DNA of 64,000 bases from Eggerthellaceae bacterium (GTDB lineage: Bacteria; Actinomycetota; Coriobacteriia; Coriobacteriales; Eggerthellaceae): NCBI GenBank assembly GCA_015062605.1, contig SUUI01000006.1, forward strand, positions 15,205 to 79,204, written 5' to 3'. The position numbers were made by a program, and so were the translations under genes. The notes under the pieces are model-generated. The model was not told the origin of the DNA. It was given only the letters and a program-made list of their open reading frames with translations, and searched no databases. This document shows positions 27,401-37,641 of the stretch, piece after piece. Within the stretch, counting starts at the first letter, position 1. Each line of letters opens with the position of its first letter.

Positions 27401-29899
27401 CTAGCCGCGGATCTCCGCTCCCGTCGCGCTCGATACCTTCTTGACCAATTTCTCGTGGGCCTTCTCGACCTCTTCGCTCGTGAGCGTGCGGTCGGCTGCA
27501 CGGTATGTTAAGGCATACGCCATGGACTTCTTGCCCGCGCCCACGCGGACATCATCGCGATACACATCGAAGAGGGAGACACTCTCGAGCAGCTTGCCGC
27601 CTGCGGAAGTCATGCACTGCAGCATCTTCTCGTTCGTGACCGATTCGTCAACTACAAATGCCACGTCCACAGAAACCGCTGGGAAGGTCGGCACATCCAC
27701 GTAATCGCGAGCGTGACGTGCAGCCTTGAGCAGCGCGGTGAGGTCGAGTTCGAATGCAACCACGGGAGCTTGCGCATCGAAAGCTGCAACGGCCAGAGGA
27801 TGGAGCTCGCCCACCCATCCGAGCGGCGTGCCGCCAGAAAGGACCTGCGCAGCACGACCAGGCTGCAGATGCGCCGCCTCATCGGATGTGAGCGCCTTGA
27901 AGCGGAGCTTGTCGATGCAAAGCTCGCGGCAGAGGTTCTCAACAACGCCCTTGCCATCGAAGAAATCGAACGGAGCGGGTGCGTTGTTCCACGTCGCCTC
28001 CCCGAAGGAGCCCGCGAGCACACCGGCGAGCTTCTCGCGCTCCTTAGGCTTCTTTCTGCCCTCGGCAGCGCTGAAGACGACGCCGATTTCGTAGAGCTGA
28101 ACGTTTTTCACGCCACGGCTCTGATTGTATGCAACGCTGCGCAAAAGGCCGGGGATGATGCTTTGGCGCATGACCGATTGGTCGGCGCTCATCGGATTGA
28201 TAAGCTCGACAGCCTCGCCTAATCCGAGCGCCTCCGCACTCATCCTAAGATCGTCAAGCTCGCTTGGATCGGCGAAGGAATAGGTCATCGTCTCGTTAAG
28301 GCCGCTTGCACGCAAGGATGCATGGATGATGTCCTTGCGCTGCTCTGCAAGCGTGCGCACCCCGAAACGACCTCGTCCACCCGGAAGCGTCGGCTCGATG
28401 CGATCCATCCCGAAAAGACGGAGCACTTCCTCGTACAAATCGATCTCGCGCTCAAGGTCGGGACGGAAGGTCGGAGCAATGACATTGAGGATGTCTTCAT
28501 CTTCACTCTCGGTCACTTCGCAACCAAGACGGGTAAGGATGTCTTTAATCTCCTCAGGTGCGATGTCGGCACCCATCATGGCGTTGAAGCGCGGAATGCG
28601 GAAGATAAGATGGATCGGCTCGGTACGCTCTTCCCAGACATCGACGATGCCATTTGAGCAATCGAGCTTGCTGCATGCTTTGCCGCCTGCAACCTCTATG
28701 ATGAGCGCGCATGCTGCATCGGAGATATCCGCAATGGGGTTATCATCAACACCGCGCTCGTAGCGCATGGAGGACTCGCTGATAAGGCCAAGGTTTCGGC
28801 TCGTGCGGCTCGTATGCGCGCGGCTGAAGGTCGCAGCCTCGAGCAAGATCTTGGTGGTCTCCTCGGTGACTTCGGTATCCATACCACCCATGACGCCTGC
28901 AAGCGCAACCGCTTTCTCGGGCGTCGCGATAACGGTCATATCGCTCGTAAGCGTACGATCCTCACCATCGAGGGTTGTTAGTTTCTCTCCATCATAGGCG
29001 GGACGCACGATGATGTGCGCGCCACCGTCGGCTGAGCACAGCTTGTCATAGTCGAATGCGTGCAGGGGCTGGCCGAACAGATACAGGATGTAATTGGTGA
29101 CATCGACGATGTTGTTGATGGAGCGGCCACCGAGAGCGGTGATGCGCTCGACGAGCCAGTCGGGGCTCGGACCGATCTTCACATGCTCGATGACATGGGC
29201 CGTATAGCGCTTGCAGCGCTCGGGGTCGGTGATGGTGACATCGACCGGCTTGCCCGGGCACGTCTCCTTCTTGCATAGCGTAAGCGATGCGGCCATCTCG
29301 GATAGCGGATTGTCATACGGCACACGGTACATGGCGCCGACCTCGCGAGCCATGCCGACCATGGACAGGCAATCGGGACGGTTCGGCGTGATCTCCAAAT
29401 CGAGCACGGTATCGCCGAGCTGGTAGTACTCCGCGAACGGCACGCCGATGGGAGCATGAGCCGGCAAGATCATGATGCCGTCATGGTTATCCGACAAGCC
29501 CAGCTCGCGCTCGGAGCAATTCATGCCGCAGCTTGTCACACCGCGCAGCTTCGACTTCTTTATCTCGAAATCGCCAGGCAAAACCGCACCGATCATCGCA
29601 ACGACGATATGGTCGCCTTCCTTGAAGTTCTGAGCACCGCACACAATCTGCAAGGGCTCGGGATTGCCATCCACGTCAACATTGCATGTTCCCACATCGA
29701 CCGTGGTCACCCACAAATGGTCGGAATCGGGATGCGGGGCCTTGGTGAGCACCTTGCCGGTCACGATATGGTCGAATTGCTCACCGAGCTTCTCGACGCC
29801 CTCAACGCCCGTACCGGTCAAATCGAGCCTATCGCAGAACGCTTTGAGGTCGTCAGGGACCTCGACGTATTCAGAGAGCCACTTCAACGATACCTTCAT
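27401..29899 (-). CDS. pheT: phenylalanine--tRNA ligase beta subunit
   Basis: An 832-aa ORF, MKVSLKWLSEYVEVPDDLKAFCDRLDLTGTGVEGVE..., a canonical PheT N-terminus. It lies 19 nt downstream of pheS. Confidence 0.95.
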   Translation of the reverse strand: MKVSLKWLSEYVEVPDDLKAFCDRLDLTGTGVEGVEKLGEQFDHIVTGKVLTKAPHPDSDHLWVTTVDVGTCNVDVDGNPEPLQIVCGAQNFKEGDHIVVAMIGAVLPGDFEIKKSKLRGVTSCGMNCSERELGLSDNHDGIMILPAHAPIGVPFAEYYQLGDTVLDLEITPNRPDCLSMVGMAREVGAMYRVPYDNPLSEMAASLTLCKKETCPGKPVDVTITDPERCKRYTAHVIEHVKIGPSPDWLVERITALGGRSINNIVDVTNYILYLFGQPLHAFDYDKLCSADGGAHIIVRPAYDGEKLTTLDGEDRTLTSDMTVIATPEKAVALAGVMGGMDTEVTEETTKILLEAATFSRAHTSRTSRNLGLISESSMRYERGVDDNPIADISDAACALIIEVAGGKACSKLDCSNGIVDVWEERTEPIHLIFRIPRFNAMMGADIAPEEIKDILTRLGCEVTESEDEDILNVIAPTFRPDLEREIDLYEEVLRLFGMDRIEPTLPGGRGRFGVRTLAEQRKDIIHASLRASGLNETMTYSFADPSELDDLRMSAEALGLGEAVELINPMSADQSVMRQSIIPGLLRSVAYNQSRGVKNVQLYEIGVVFSAAEGRKKPKEREKLAGVLAGSFGEATWNNAPAPFDFFDGKGVVENLCRELCIDKLRFKALTSDEAAHLQPGRAAQVLSGGTPLGWVGELHPLAVAAFDAQAPVVAFELDLTALLKAARHARDYVDVPTFPAVSVDVAFVVDESVTNEKMLQCMTSAGGKLLESVSLFDVYRDDVRVGAGKKSMAYALTYRAADRTLTSEEVEKAHEKLVKKVSSATGAEIRG

Positions 29900-29918
29900 G
29901 GTTTACCTCTCCTTATCT

Positions 29919-30980
29919 TTAGAACTGACGCAAGAAGCGCATGTCGCCTTCTAGGAGCATACGCAAGTCAGGGACGTTGTATTTTAGGCATGCGACGCGC
30001 TCAACGCCGACGCCGAATGCGAATCCTGAATACTCTTCCGGATCGATGCCAGACATCTCGAGCACGTTAGGATCGACCATGCCGCAGCCCAAGATCTCAA
30101 GCCAGCCGGTTCCCTTGCACATGCGGCAACCCTCGCCGTGGCAGATGCCGCAGCTCACGTCGACTTCGGCAGAGGGCTCGGTGAAGGGGAAGTAGTGGGC
30201 GCGGAAGCGCGTCTTGCGCTCCTCGCCGAACATCTGCTTGCAGAAGTAATCGAGCGTGCCTTTGAGGTCTCCGAAGGTAATGCCGCGATCAACGACGAGA
30301 CCCTCGATCTGGGTGAACTGGGGCAGATGGCTCGGGTCAGCAACATCGCGGCGATACACCTTGCCGGGTGCGACGATGTAAATGGGCGGTTTTTGCTGCT
30401 CCATCACATGCACCTGCACACCGGAGGTCTGCGTACGAAGAAGCACGTCCGACTCGCCTTTGACAGCCGAGGCGTCACCCGAACGGTCGAGTACATAAAA
30501 CGTATCCTGCATGCTGCGGGACGGATGGTCTTGAGGAGCATTGAGCGCGGTGAAGTTGTAGTAATCAGTCTCGACTTCGGGGCCGTACGCCACGCTGTAA
30601 CCGAGTCCTAAGAAGATCTCGCATACCTCGTCGGTGATGCGGTTGATAAGATGTCGCGTGCCCATCTGCTGGGAGCGCCCTGGCAAGGTCACGTCGACGG
30701 CCGCTGCATCGATGGCTGCCGCAAGCTCGGCTGCATCGAGCTCCGCCTTGCGGGAAGAAAGCGCTTCCTCGACGATCTTGCGCACGTCGTTCACGGTCTT
30801 GCCCACGCTCGCACGCTCTTCCTTTGGAAGCTGACCCATGCCGCGCAGATACGCCGTCAGCGTGCCGGATTTACCGAGCACCGCGACGCGCACCTGATCG
30901 AGGTCGACCGAAGAAGCGGCAGCGGAAATAGCCTCGAGCGTTTGGATTCGCAGCAATTCGAGTTCGTCTGTTATTGCCAT
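29919..30980 (-). CDS. pheS: phenylalanine--tRNA ligase alpha subunit
   Basis: ORF 29919..31016. The likely start MAITDELELLR is the Met at 30980. Class II motifs are present (HPSRSMQDTFY, FRAHYFPFTEPSAEVD, GFAFGVGVERV). Confidence 0.95.
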   Translation of the reverse strand: MAITDELELLRIQTLEAISAAASSVDLDQVRVAVLGKSGTLTAYLRGMGQLPKEERASVGKTVNDVRKIVEEALSSRKAELDAAELAAAIDAAAVDVTLPGRSQQMGTRHLINRITDEVCEIFLGLGYSVAYGPEVETDYYNFTALNAPQDHPSRSMQDTFYVLDRSGDASAVKGESDVLLRTQTSGVQVHVMEQQKPPIYIVAPGKVYRRDVADPSHLPQFTQIEGLVVDRGITFGDLKGTLDYFCKQMFGEERKTRFRAHYFPFTEPSAEVDVSCGICHGEGCRMCKGTGWLEILGCGMVDPNVLEMSGIDPEEYSGFAFGVGVERVACLKYNVPDLRMLLEGDMRFLRQF

Positions 30981-31082
30981 ACCCTTAACACCTTTCAGAA
31001 ACAGGATTTCGCACATATCATGTCAATCTTTTGTATTGTATGCTTTTTCAGGAGACCTACATGCATTTATCCTGCGGACTTA

Positions 31083-32141
31083 CTACAGGAAACGGTAACT
31101 TACCATACGAACGCCCCATGCGTAGCAATTATCGAAGCCGAACGCCTTCCACACGCCTGGCTGAAGATCGAGGCTTCTGCTTCCCGCGCCCATATACCCG
31201 CAATCGTTGACGGTGGCGATCACGGTCATGCCGTTGTAATTGATCTCGACCGTCCTCCCGAAATACTGACGGTAGTTCTTCCACGCCATCGGCACCGCTA
31301 CGCCCATGGACCAGTCGTCGCACACCGCACCTGTGGCAGTGATGCCAGGATTCGGTGTTGTCGGATCGCTCTCTCCGCCATATGCAGACGCATAGCCCGT
31401 GAACCAACCTGTACTGCCAGGCTCGGCAACATCGCCTGAGCCCTCATCGCCTGCACCGGGATTGGTATTCCAGCCATCGTAGATTCCAGGATCGGAGTAC
31501 GCGTTATACATCGAGGCGGCCGCAAGCGCAAGCGCTTCGAGCCTGGCCTCCTCGGCTTGCGCATCCGCAAGCGTGTTCTTAGCCTCATCGACGATCGCCT
31601 GGGCTTCCGCCTGTTTCGCTTCGAGTTCGACGAGCTTCTTATCTTGCTCATCGCGTTTCTCGTTGAGCAGCTTCAGAAGCGCTTGGTATTCGGCGACACG
31701 TGCCTTCTGCTCGGCTATGATGTCCGCTTGATACTGCTGGATGGATGCAAGGTATTCCAGATTGCGCAAAAGCTCCCTGAAATCCTCTGAGCTTAGAACC
31801 ATATCGAGAATGCCGAGCGAGCCGCCGCGGTATTCGTAATTCGCAAGCGTTCCCAAGTCATTGCGGCCGGCGATGACCTTCTTTTGCGCTTCCATGGCCT
31901 GAGCCACCGCTTTATCGATCTGGGCTTGGAGCGCATCGTATTCAGATTTTAGCTGCGCGTACTCAGCCGTGACGGCCTCCATGTGGGCCTCGGCCTCAGA
32001 GAGCGCCTCCTGCGCTTCATCGACGGATGGAACAGCATACGCACGCGGCATGCATACGCCGATGCACAACGCTAGAATCGCTCCGAAAACGGCAAAAATG
32101 AGGCCTCGATGAGCATTTTTATGTTGTCTTGCAATTTGCAT
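31083..32141 (-). CDS. secreted coiled-coil protein with a C-terminal RlpA/3D-like (double-psi beta-barrel) domain; putative cell-wall-active protein
   Basis: A 352-aa ORF with a signal peptide (...CMPRAYA|VPS) and about 200 aa of heptad-like E/A/Q/L-rich sequence. The C-terminus is GYASAYGGESDP...ITATGAV...GVAVP...GRTVEINYNGMTVIATVNDCGYMGAGSRSLDLQPGVWKAFG. Confidence 0.6.
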   Translation of the reverse strand: MQIARQHKNAHRGLIFAVFGAILALCIGVCMPRAYAVPSVDEAQEALSEAEAHMEAVTAEYAQLKSEYDALQAQIDKAVAQAMEAQKKVIAGRNDLGTLANYEYRGGSLGILDMVLSSEDFRELLRNLEYLASIQQYQADIIAEQKARVAEYQALLKLLNEKRDEQDKKLVELEAKQAEAQAIVDEAKNTLADAQAEEARLEALALAAASMYNAYSDPGIYDGWNTNPGAGDEGSGDVAEPGSTGWFTGYASAYGGESDPTTPNPGITATGAVCDDWSMGVAVPMAWKNYRQYFGRTVEINYNGMTVIATVNDCGYMGAGSRSLDLQPGVWKAFGFDNCYAWGVRMVSYRFL

Positions 32142-32239
32142 AACATTTAAATGTTAGCGGAAAATGGCCTATCCGCAAAGAGCAGGGCTCGTTTCCGACC
32201 ACTCGCAGCGATGATGTGAACCTGCTATACTGCCAAACC

Positions 32240-32983
32240 ATGAGCATCGATACTGAAACAGGCAAAGAAGCACCCGCGCAGATCTCCTCTGAGCGCGTGA
32301 AGGATATCTTCTCGTCCATCGCAAAGAAATATGAGCGCTTCAACGCGGTCTCGAGCTTCGGTGCATACAAGCTGTGGCTCAAGCACATGATGAAACTCGC
32401 CGATATCGGACATGATGATGACGTGCTCGATGTCGCTGGCGGCACGGGCGATGTCGCCTTCGCGGTCGCACGCGCCAAGCGTCCCCGTCATATCCAACTC
32501 ACCGACCTTGTCCCCGAGATGCTCGAGGTGGCGCGCTACCACGTGGAGCGCGAGAGCAAGAACTGCGGTGTACCGATAGACTTCCAGGTGGTGGACGCGC
32601 AGGACATGCCCTTCGACGATGAGAGCTATGAGGCGGTCACCATGGCGTACGGCATCCGTAACATGCCTGACCGCGAACGTGCGCTTTCCGAGATCTTCCG
32701 TGTCCTCAAACCAGGCGGGCAGCTTATCTGCCTCGAGTTCTCCACACCAACGAACGCCATATGGCGTGCGCTGTATAACTTCTACCTCGCCCACATGATC
32801 CCCTTCTGGGGTGGACTGATCACGGGTGATAAATCGGGGTTCGTGTACCTCTCGAGAAGCATCAAGGCCTTCCCCGATCAGAAAACGTTCGCAGCAATGC
32901 TTCAAGCTGCAGGGTTTAGCGATGTATCGTGGAAGAACCTGACGGGCGGCATCGCCGCCGTGCATACCGCACGCAAGAAATAG
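32240..32983 (+). CDS. menG: demethylmenaquinone/ubiquinone-type C-methyltransferase (UbiE/MenG family)
   Basis: Motifs VKDIFSSIAKKYERFNAVSSFG...WLKHMM, the SAM motif VLDVAGGTGDVA, and RVLKPGGQLICLEFS. The start may be the ATG at 32240 or the GTG at 32216. Confidence 0.85.
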   Translation: MSIDTETGKEAPAQISSERVKDIFSSIAKKYERFNAVSSFGAYKLWLKHMMKLADIGHDDDVLDVAGGTGDVAFAVARAKRPRHIQLTDLVPEMLEVARYHVERESKNCGVPIDFQVVDAQDMPFDDESYEAVTMAYGIRNMPDRERALSEIFRVLKPGGQLICLEFSTPTNAIWRALYNFYLAHMIPFWGGLITGDKSGFVYLSRSIKAFPDQKTFAAMLQAAGFSDVSWKNLTGGIAAVHTARKK

Positions 32984-33026
32984 CACTCAAGGGTGCCTGT
33001 TTAAGAAACCTTTTGCAATCAGATCT

Positions 33027-34679
33027 TTATGAAGCGTAAGAATGCGCCTGTGCCATAAGCTCTTCAGCGTGCGCACGTGACACATCCGTAAGCTCACCGG
33101 AGAGCATGCGCGCGATCTCGTCTACGCGCACATCCCCATAGATTTCCTCGATGAATGTGCGCGGATACGCCTCATCGGTCTTTTGCACCACATAATGCGC
33201 ATTGCCGTGCACGGCAACCTGCGCAAGATGCGTCACAGCGATGACCTGGTGCGTTTTTGCAAGATCGGCGAGCACTTCGCCAAGCGCACGCGCCGCAGAA
33301 CCGGCGACGCCTGCATCGATCTCATCGAAGATGAGCGTATCAACATCATCGGCCTCGCCGAGCACTGCCTTTATCGAGAGCATCACGCGGCTGATCTCAC
33401 CACCCGATGCGATCTTTACCAAAGGACGTGCTTGCAAGCCAGACCCCGGCTTGAACATGAATTCGACTGCCTGCGAACCTGCACGCGTCCACGATTCGAA
33501 CTCAAGATCGGCAACTGCACATTCAAGGCTCGCCGAACCCATCTCGAGCCGCTGCATGTAAGCATTCACCTCATCTGCGAAGCGAGGAGCAGCCTCTTTC
33601 CGCAACGTCGCAAGCGCATCTGCCGCTGCTTCGAGCTCAGCCTTCGCGACACGTACCGCTTTTTCCGCACGCTCGCGTGCGAAGTCCGTATCATCGACTG
33701 CTTCCACGAGCCTTGCCGCCGCCTCACGCGCAAAAAGCACATCCTGCATGCGCGGTCCATAGGCCTTGATGAGTCCTTGGATGGCGCTAACGCGCTCCTG
33801 CATGCGCTCGAGCTCGTCTGGATCGAACTCCACGGTTAAGCGATAGTCGCGAACCTCTCCTGCAGCATCTTCCAAAAGATAGCCCGCCTCGCGAAGCGAA
33901 GCCACATATGGCTCTAAGCTAGCATCGATGCGAGATGCCCCCAAAAGCGCGCCAATCGCTGCTTCAAGCGCATCGATGGCTCCTCCATCGCCGCTTAAAG
34001 ATTCATGCGCGGTTTGCGCAGCAAGAGCGAGCGCCTCCGCATGCTCAGCACGGGAAAGCTCAGATAAGAGCTGCTCGTACTCCCCTTCCTTCGGGTTAAC
34101 CGCATCGATACGACGAAGCACCAGCCGCGCATCATCAAGCTGTGCTAAATCGGCAGCGGACGCTGCGTTCACACGGTCGAGCTCGGCTTGCGCTTCCTTG
34201 AAGCTATCGAATGCTGCTTCATATTCCGCTTTCGCATCAAAGATGGCCTGACCGCACCACGCATCGAGCATGCGTAGATGCGCCTGGGGGCGCATCAGCT
34301 GCTGATGCTCGTGTTGGCTGCAAAGATCGATGGATGGAGCAACTCGCGAAGCGAGTTCGCTCACGCTTGCCATCATGCCGTCAATCGTCGCCTTCGAACG
34401 TCCATCGGATGTTACCGTGCGTGTGATGATGGTTTCTTCGGGAATATCTTCTGCATCTGCCTGGGGCAAGCGCAAAAACCGTCCCGCCACCGAAAGCTTA
34501 TCCTCGCCTTCCCGTACAGCCATCTTGTCACCGCGTGCTCCCATCAGAAGCCCCAGCGCCGATAGCAAGGCGGACTTGCCTGCACCGGTCTCGCCCGTGA
34601 TGACAGTAAGCCTCGGCGAGAATTCAATCGAAGCTTGCTCGATGAGCGCGAGATTCTTTACTTGGATCTCATCAATCAT
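33027..34679 (-). CDS. recN: DNA repair protein RecN
   Basis: ORF 33027..34832. The conserved start MIDEIQVKNLALIEQASIEFSPRLTVITGETGAGKSALL is the Met at 34679, overlapping the upstream stop by 8 nt. The SMC-like C-terminus is ASGGEISRVMLSIK...LIFDEIDAGV. Confidence 0.9.
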   Translation of the reverse strand: MIDEIQVKNLALIEQASIEFSPRLTVITGETGAGKSALLSALGLLMGARGDKMAVREGEDKLSVAGRFLRLPQADAEDIPEETIITRTVTSDGRSKATIDGMMASVSELASRVAPSIDLCSQHEHQQLMRPQAHLRMLDAWCGQAIFDAKAEYEAAFDSFKEAQAELDRVNAASAADLAQLDDARLVLRRIDAVNPKEGEYEQLLSELSRAEHAEALALAAQTAHESLSGDGGAIDALEAAIGALLGASRIDASLEPYVASLREAGYLLEDAAGEVRDYRLTVEFDPDELERMQERVSAIQGLIKAYGPRMQDVLFAREAAARLVEAVDDTDFARERAEKAVRVAKAELEAAADALATLRKEAAPRFADEVNAYMQRLEMGSASLECAVADLEFESWTRAGSQAVEFMFKPGSGLQARPLVKIASGGEISRVMLSIKAVLGEADDVDTLIFDEIDAGVAGSAARALGEVLADLAKTHQVIAVTHLAQVAVHGNAHYVVQKTDEAYPRTFIEEIYGDVRVDEIARMLSGELTDVSRAHAEELMAQAHSYAS

Positions 34680-36012
34680 GCGCTTCACCAGACCCGATAA
34701 GTTCAATCGCGGCACACTGGCCTGCAAGCAATCCGCTCGACCATGCCCAATGCAGGTTGTAGCCGCCGCAAGGGCCATCGACATCGAGCGCCTCGCCTGC
34801 TGCGAACAGGCCAGCTTGCCCATAAACGGCAAGCGTCCGCGCGCTCACGCACGTTACATCGATCCCGCCGCGACGGACTTGGCAGAGGTTGGAATCGCCG
34901 ATGCCTTCGATCTTGAGTGAAAAGAATGTCAAGCGGGTACCAAGATCGCCTATCATCTCCTCGTCATCGGGCGCGCACAAATCGTCAGGGCTGATGCCGA
35001 TCGGTTTGAGCACCGCATCGACAACACGGGGAAGAAGGAAACCACGCAGCACATCGGCACAAGTCGGCGTGCGGCCAAGAAGCTTTTCAGCGGTGCGTGC
35101 GCGATTGCGGATAACATCGGCAGCCCATTCATGATGGCCTAAATCGAAGAAATCGACGTTCAGCTCGTCACCAGGCTCGGCAATGCGCGACAGATTGAAT
35201 ACGCAGATGCCCGATACACCGTATTTGCGGAAGAGGATCTCACCGCTTTCACTCCCGATGCACCCCATCGTATTCTCGTCTTCTTGACGCATGAGGATGA
35301 CGTTGCATTTGACGCGGATGTTATCGAGTTCGCGTACTATGGGGATGTAGTCCTTGGTCACGCGCAAGGGACCGAGCATGGGTTTTAAATCAAGGATGCG
35401 AAGGCCATCGAAAGCCGAAAGGTCCACGCTTTCCAAGGCGCGGCCCCCACATGCGATGATGATGGCATCAGCTCTTTCGAAGCGACCGTCTGCCATACGT
35501 AAGGTATATGGTTTTCCCTCTTCGCGAGGAGCTTCGATGGATTTCACGGCACAGCCGCATGCCTCCTTAACCCCGAAAACTGAAGCGGCAGCACGCAACA
35601 CATCGACAACGACGCTCGCCTTGTTCGCAAGCGGGAAGCGGCGGCCGTCTTCTTCCTGCCACCAGTCCATGCCGAGCTCTTCGAAGAAATCGGTTACGGG
35701 AGAAAAGCCCTCTTCTTTCTTTGGGCCATCGGGAACATGCGGCGCGTACGTGCGCTCATCAAGCGCATCGTATACGTCCCTCACGAAATCGGAGTTGTGA
35801 TAGCGCCACAGATCAAGATGCTCGTTCGTGAAATTGCACCTGCCGTTGCCCGTCACCAAGATGGACTTGCCAACGCGATCGGCTGCCTCGTAAATGGTGA
35901 TGGCTGTATGCGTAAGCGCATCGCTTCCGAAGGATTCGCGGAACTGTTTGCCAGCGGCGATAGCCGCCGAAAGCCCTGCCGCGCCTCCACCTATGATAGC
36001 TAGTTTCTTCAT
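34672..36012 (-). CDS. HI0933/BaiN-like NAD(P)/FAD-dependent oxidoreductase
   Basis: ORF 34672..36108. The Rossmann start MKKLAIIGGGAAGLSAAIAAG is the Met at 36012. Other motifs include ILVTGNGRCNFTN and GGYNLHWAWSSG. Confidence 0.8.
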   Translation of the reverse strand: MKKLAIIGGGAAGLSAAIAAGKQFRESFGSDALTHTAITIYEAADRVGKSILVTGNGRCNFTNEHLDLWRYHNSDFVRDVYDALDERTYAPHVPDGPKKEEGFSPVTDFFEELGMDWWQEEDGRRFPLANKASVVVDVLRAAASVFGVKEACGCAVKSIEAPREEGKPYTLRMADGRFERADAIIIACGGRALESVDLSAFDGLRILDLKPMLGPLRVTKDYIPIVRELDNIRVKCNVILMRQEDENTMGCIGSESGEILFRKYGVSGICVFNLSRIAEPGDELNVDFFDLGHHEWAADVIRNRARTAEKLLGRTPTCADVLRGFLLPRVVDAVLKPIGISPDDLCAPDDEEMIGDLGTRLTFFSLKIEGIGDSNLCQVRRGGIDVTCVSARTLAVYGQAGLFAAGEALDVDGPCGGYNLHWAWSSGLLAGQCAAIELIGSGEAHD

Positions 36013-36129
36013 GCGTCTACCATAGCACATAATGCATGTCTCGCTCGGCATTTCGGGAGCGAAGAGGACGTACAAAGCGCGTATAATGAAGGGCACTACG
36101 TAGGTCAAATAACGACAAGGGGCTCACTC

Positions 36130-37641
36130 ATGCATGACGTTTTGATTATTGGCGCCGGCATCGCGGGCAGTGCGTGTGCGCACTTTCTAGCACGCTACGA
36201 CCTTGACGTACTCGTCATCGATGCCGAGTACGACATCGCAGTCGGTACGACGCGTGCTAATAGCGGCATCGTGCACTCCGGCTACGATCCAGAACCAGGC
36301 ACGCTCAAGGCGAAGTACAACATCGAGGGCGCGCATATGTATCCCAAGCTTGCTGAAGAGCTTGGCTTCGAATTCAGGAAGAACGGCTCGCTCATCGTCG
36401 CATTCAGCGAAGAAGAGCGTCCCGCCATCGAGAAGCTTCTGGCTCGCGGCATCGAAAATGGTGTCGAGGGTTTGCGCATCATGGAATCCGAGGAGCTCCA
36501 CCAAAAGGAGCCGAACCTCAATCCTGATGCCGTCGCAGCACTCTGGGCGCCCACGGGCGGCATCGTCGACCCGTATGGCGCATGCCTTGCATTCGCAGAG
36601 ACCGCCGCACGAAACGGCGTTGTGTTCCGCTTCGGCACGCGTGCGGAGGATGTCAAGCTTAAAGACGGCATCTGGAACGTCACCGTAAGCTACAACGGCG
36701 ATGCAACCGATGCTTCAAAAGGAACATCGGAGGTTTTGAAAGCCCGTATCGTCATCAATGCCGCAGGCCTTGACTCCGGACGCTTGAACGGATGCGCGAG
36801 CAAGGCTGATTCGTTTAAGATCACCCCGCGTGTAGGCGAATACCTCTTGCTCGACAAGGCGCATGGCACTGCGTTCGACTCCACGATTTTCCAAGTACCC
36901 ACCAAAAATGGCAAGGGCGTGTTAGTCTCCCCGACGATCGAGGGCAACCTCATCATCGGCCCGAACGCCGTCGTCCGCGAAAGTGCAGATGACACCTGGA
37001 CCACCAACGAAGGGCTCGCGCAGATCCTGCGCGAAGCGTCTAAAACCTGGACCAAGATCCCCTCGTGGGACGCCATCACAAACTTCGCGGGACTGCGTCC
37101 CACATGCGTTGAATCCCCTGATTTCCATTTAGGCGAACCTGAGGATGCGCCGGGCTTTTTCAATATCTGCGGTTTCGATTCACCGGGACTTACCGCTGCA
37201 CCCGCAGTCGGCAAGGACTTCGCAGAAAGGATAGCAGCGAAGCTCGAGGCAACCGAGAAGGCCGACTATATCGACCATCGCGATGCGCCGCGCCATATCT
37301 CCAAGATGACGGACGAGGAACTTGCAGCCGCCATCGCGGAAGACCCCGCATGGGGAGCGGTCGTATGCCGTTGCGAATGCGTGAGCGAAGCCGAGATCGT
37401 TGAAGCCCTTCGCTCCCCCGTTCCCGCTAAGACGGCGGATGCCATCAAGTGGCGCACCCGTGCCGGCATGGGTCGCTGCCAATCGGGCTTCTGCTTGCCC
37501 ATCACCATGCAGCTGATCGCTAAGGAGCATGGAGTCGACCTCACTGACGTGAACAAGGGCCGCGATGGTTCTAACTTAACCTTCGGGCACCGTGGATGCT
37601 TCGACCGATTACCCGAGGTGGAGATGGGAGGTGCGCAATGA
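36130..37641 (+). CDS. FAD-dependent oxidoreductase, glycerol-3-phosphate dehydrogenase (GlpA)-like, with a BFD-like [2Fe-2S] domain
   Basis: Sequence MHDVLIIGAGIAGSACAHFLA... The C-terminal motif is VVCRCECVSEAEIVEAL...RAGMGRCQSGFC. Confidence 0.8.
   Translation: MHDVLIIGAGIAGSACAHFLARYDLDVLVIDAEYDIAVGTTRANSGIVHSGYDPEPGTLKAKYNIEGAHMYPKLAEELGFEFRKNGSLIVAFSEEERPAIEKLLARGIENGVEGLRIMESEELHQKEPNLNPDAVAALWAPTGGIVDPYGACLAFAETAARNGVVFRFGTRAEDVKLKDGIWNVTVSYNGDATDASKGTSEVLKARIVINAAGLDSGRLNGCASKADSFKITPRVGEYLLLDKAHGTAFDSTIFQVPTKNGKGVLVSPTIEGNLIIGPNAVVRESADDTWTTNEGLAQILREASKTWTKIPSWDAITNFAGLRPTCVESPDFHLGEPEDAPGFFNICGFDSPGLTAAPAVGKDFAERIAAKLEATEKADYIDHRDAPRHISKMTDEELAAAIAEDPAWGAVVCRCECVSEAEIVEALRSPVPAKTADAIKWRTRAGMGRCQSGFCLPITMQLIAKEHGVDLTDVNKGRDGSNLTFGHRGCFDRLPEVEMGGAQ

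Noticed and set aside
30981-31082. A possible T-box or attenuator leader upstream of pheS
   Set aside because: The gap is only about 100 nt. It contains no specifier-loop/T-box consensus (AGGGTGGTACCGCG-like) and no convincing terminator/antiterminator pair.
32225-32986. A 253-aa minus-strand ORF that fully overlaps menG
   Set aside because: The plus-strand product has the clear UbiE/MenG SAM-methyltransferase motifs. The antisense product has none.
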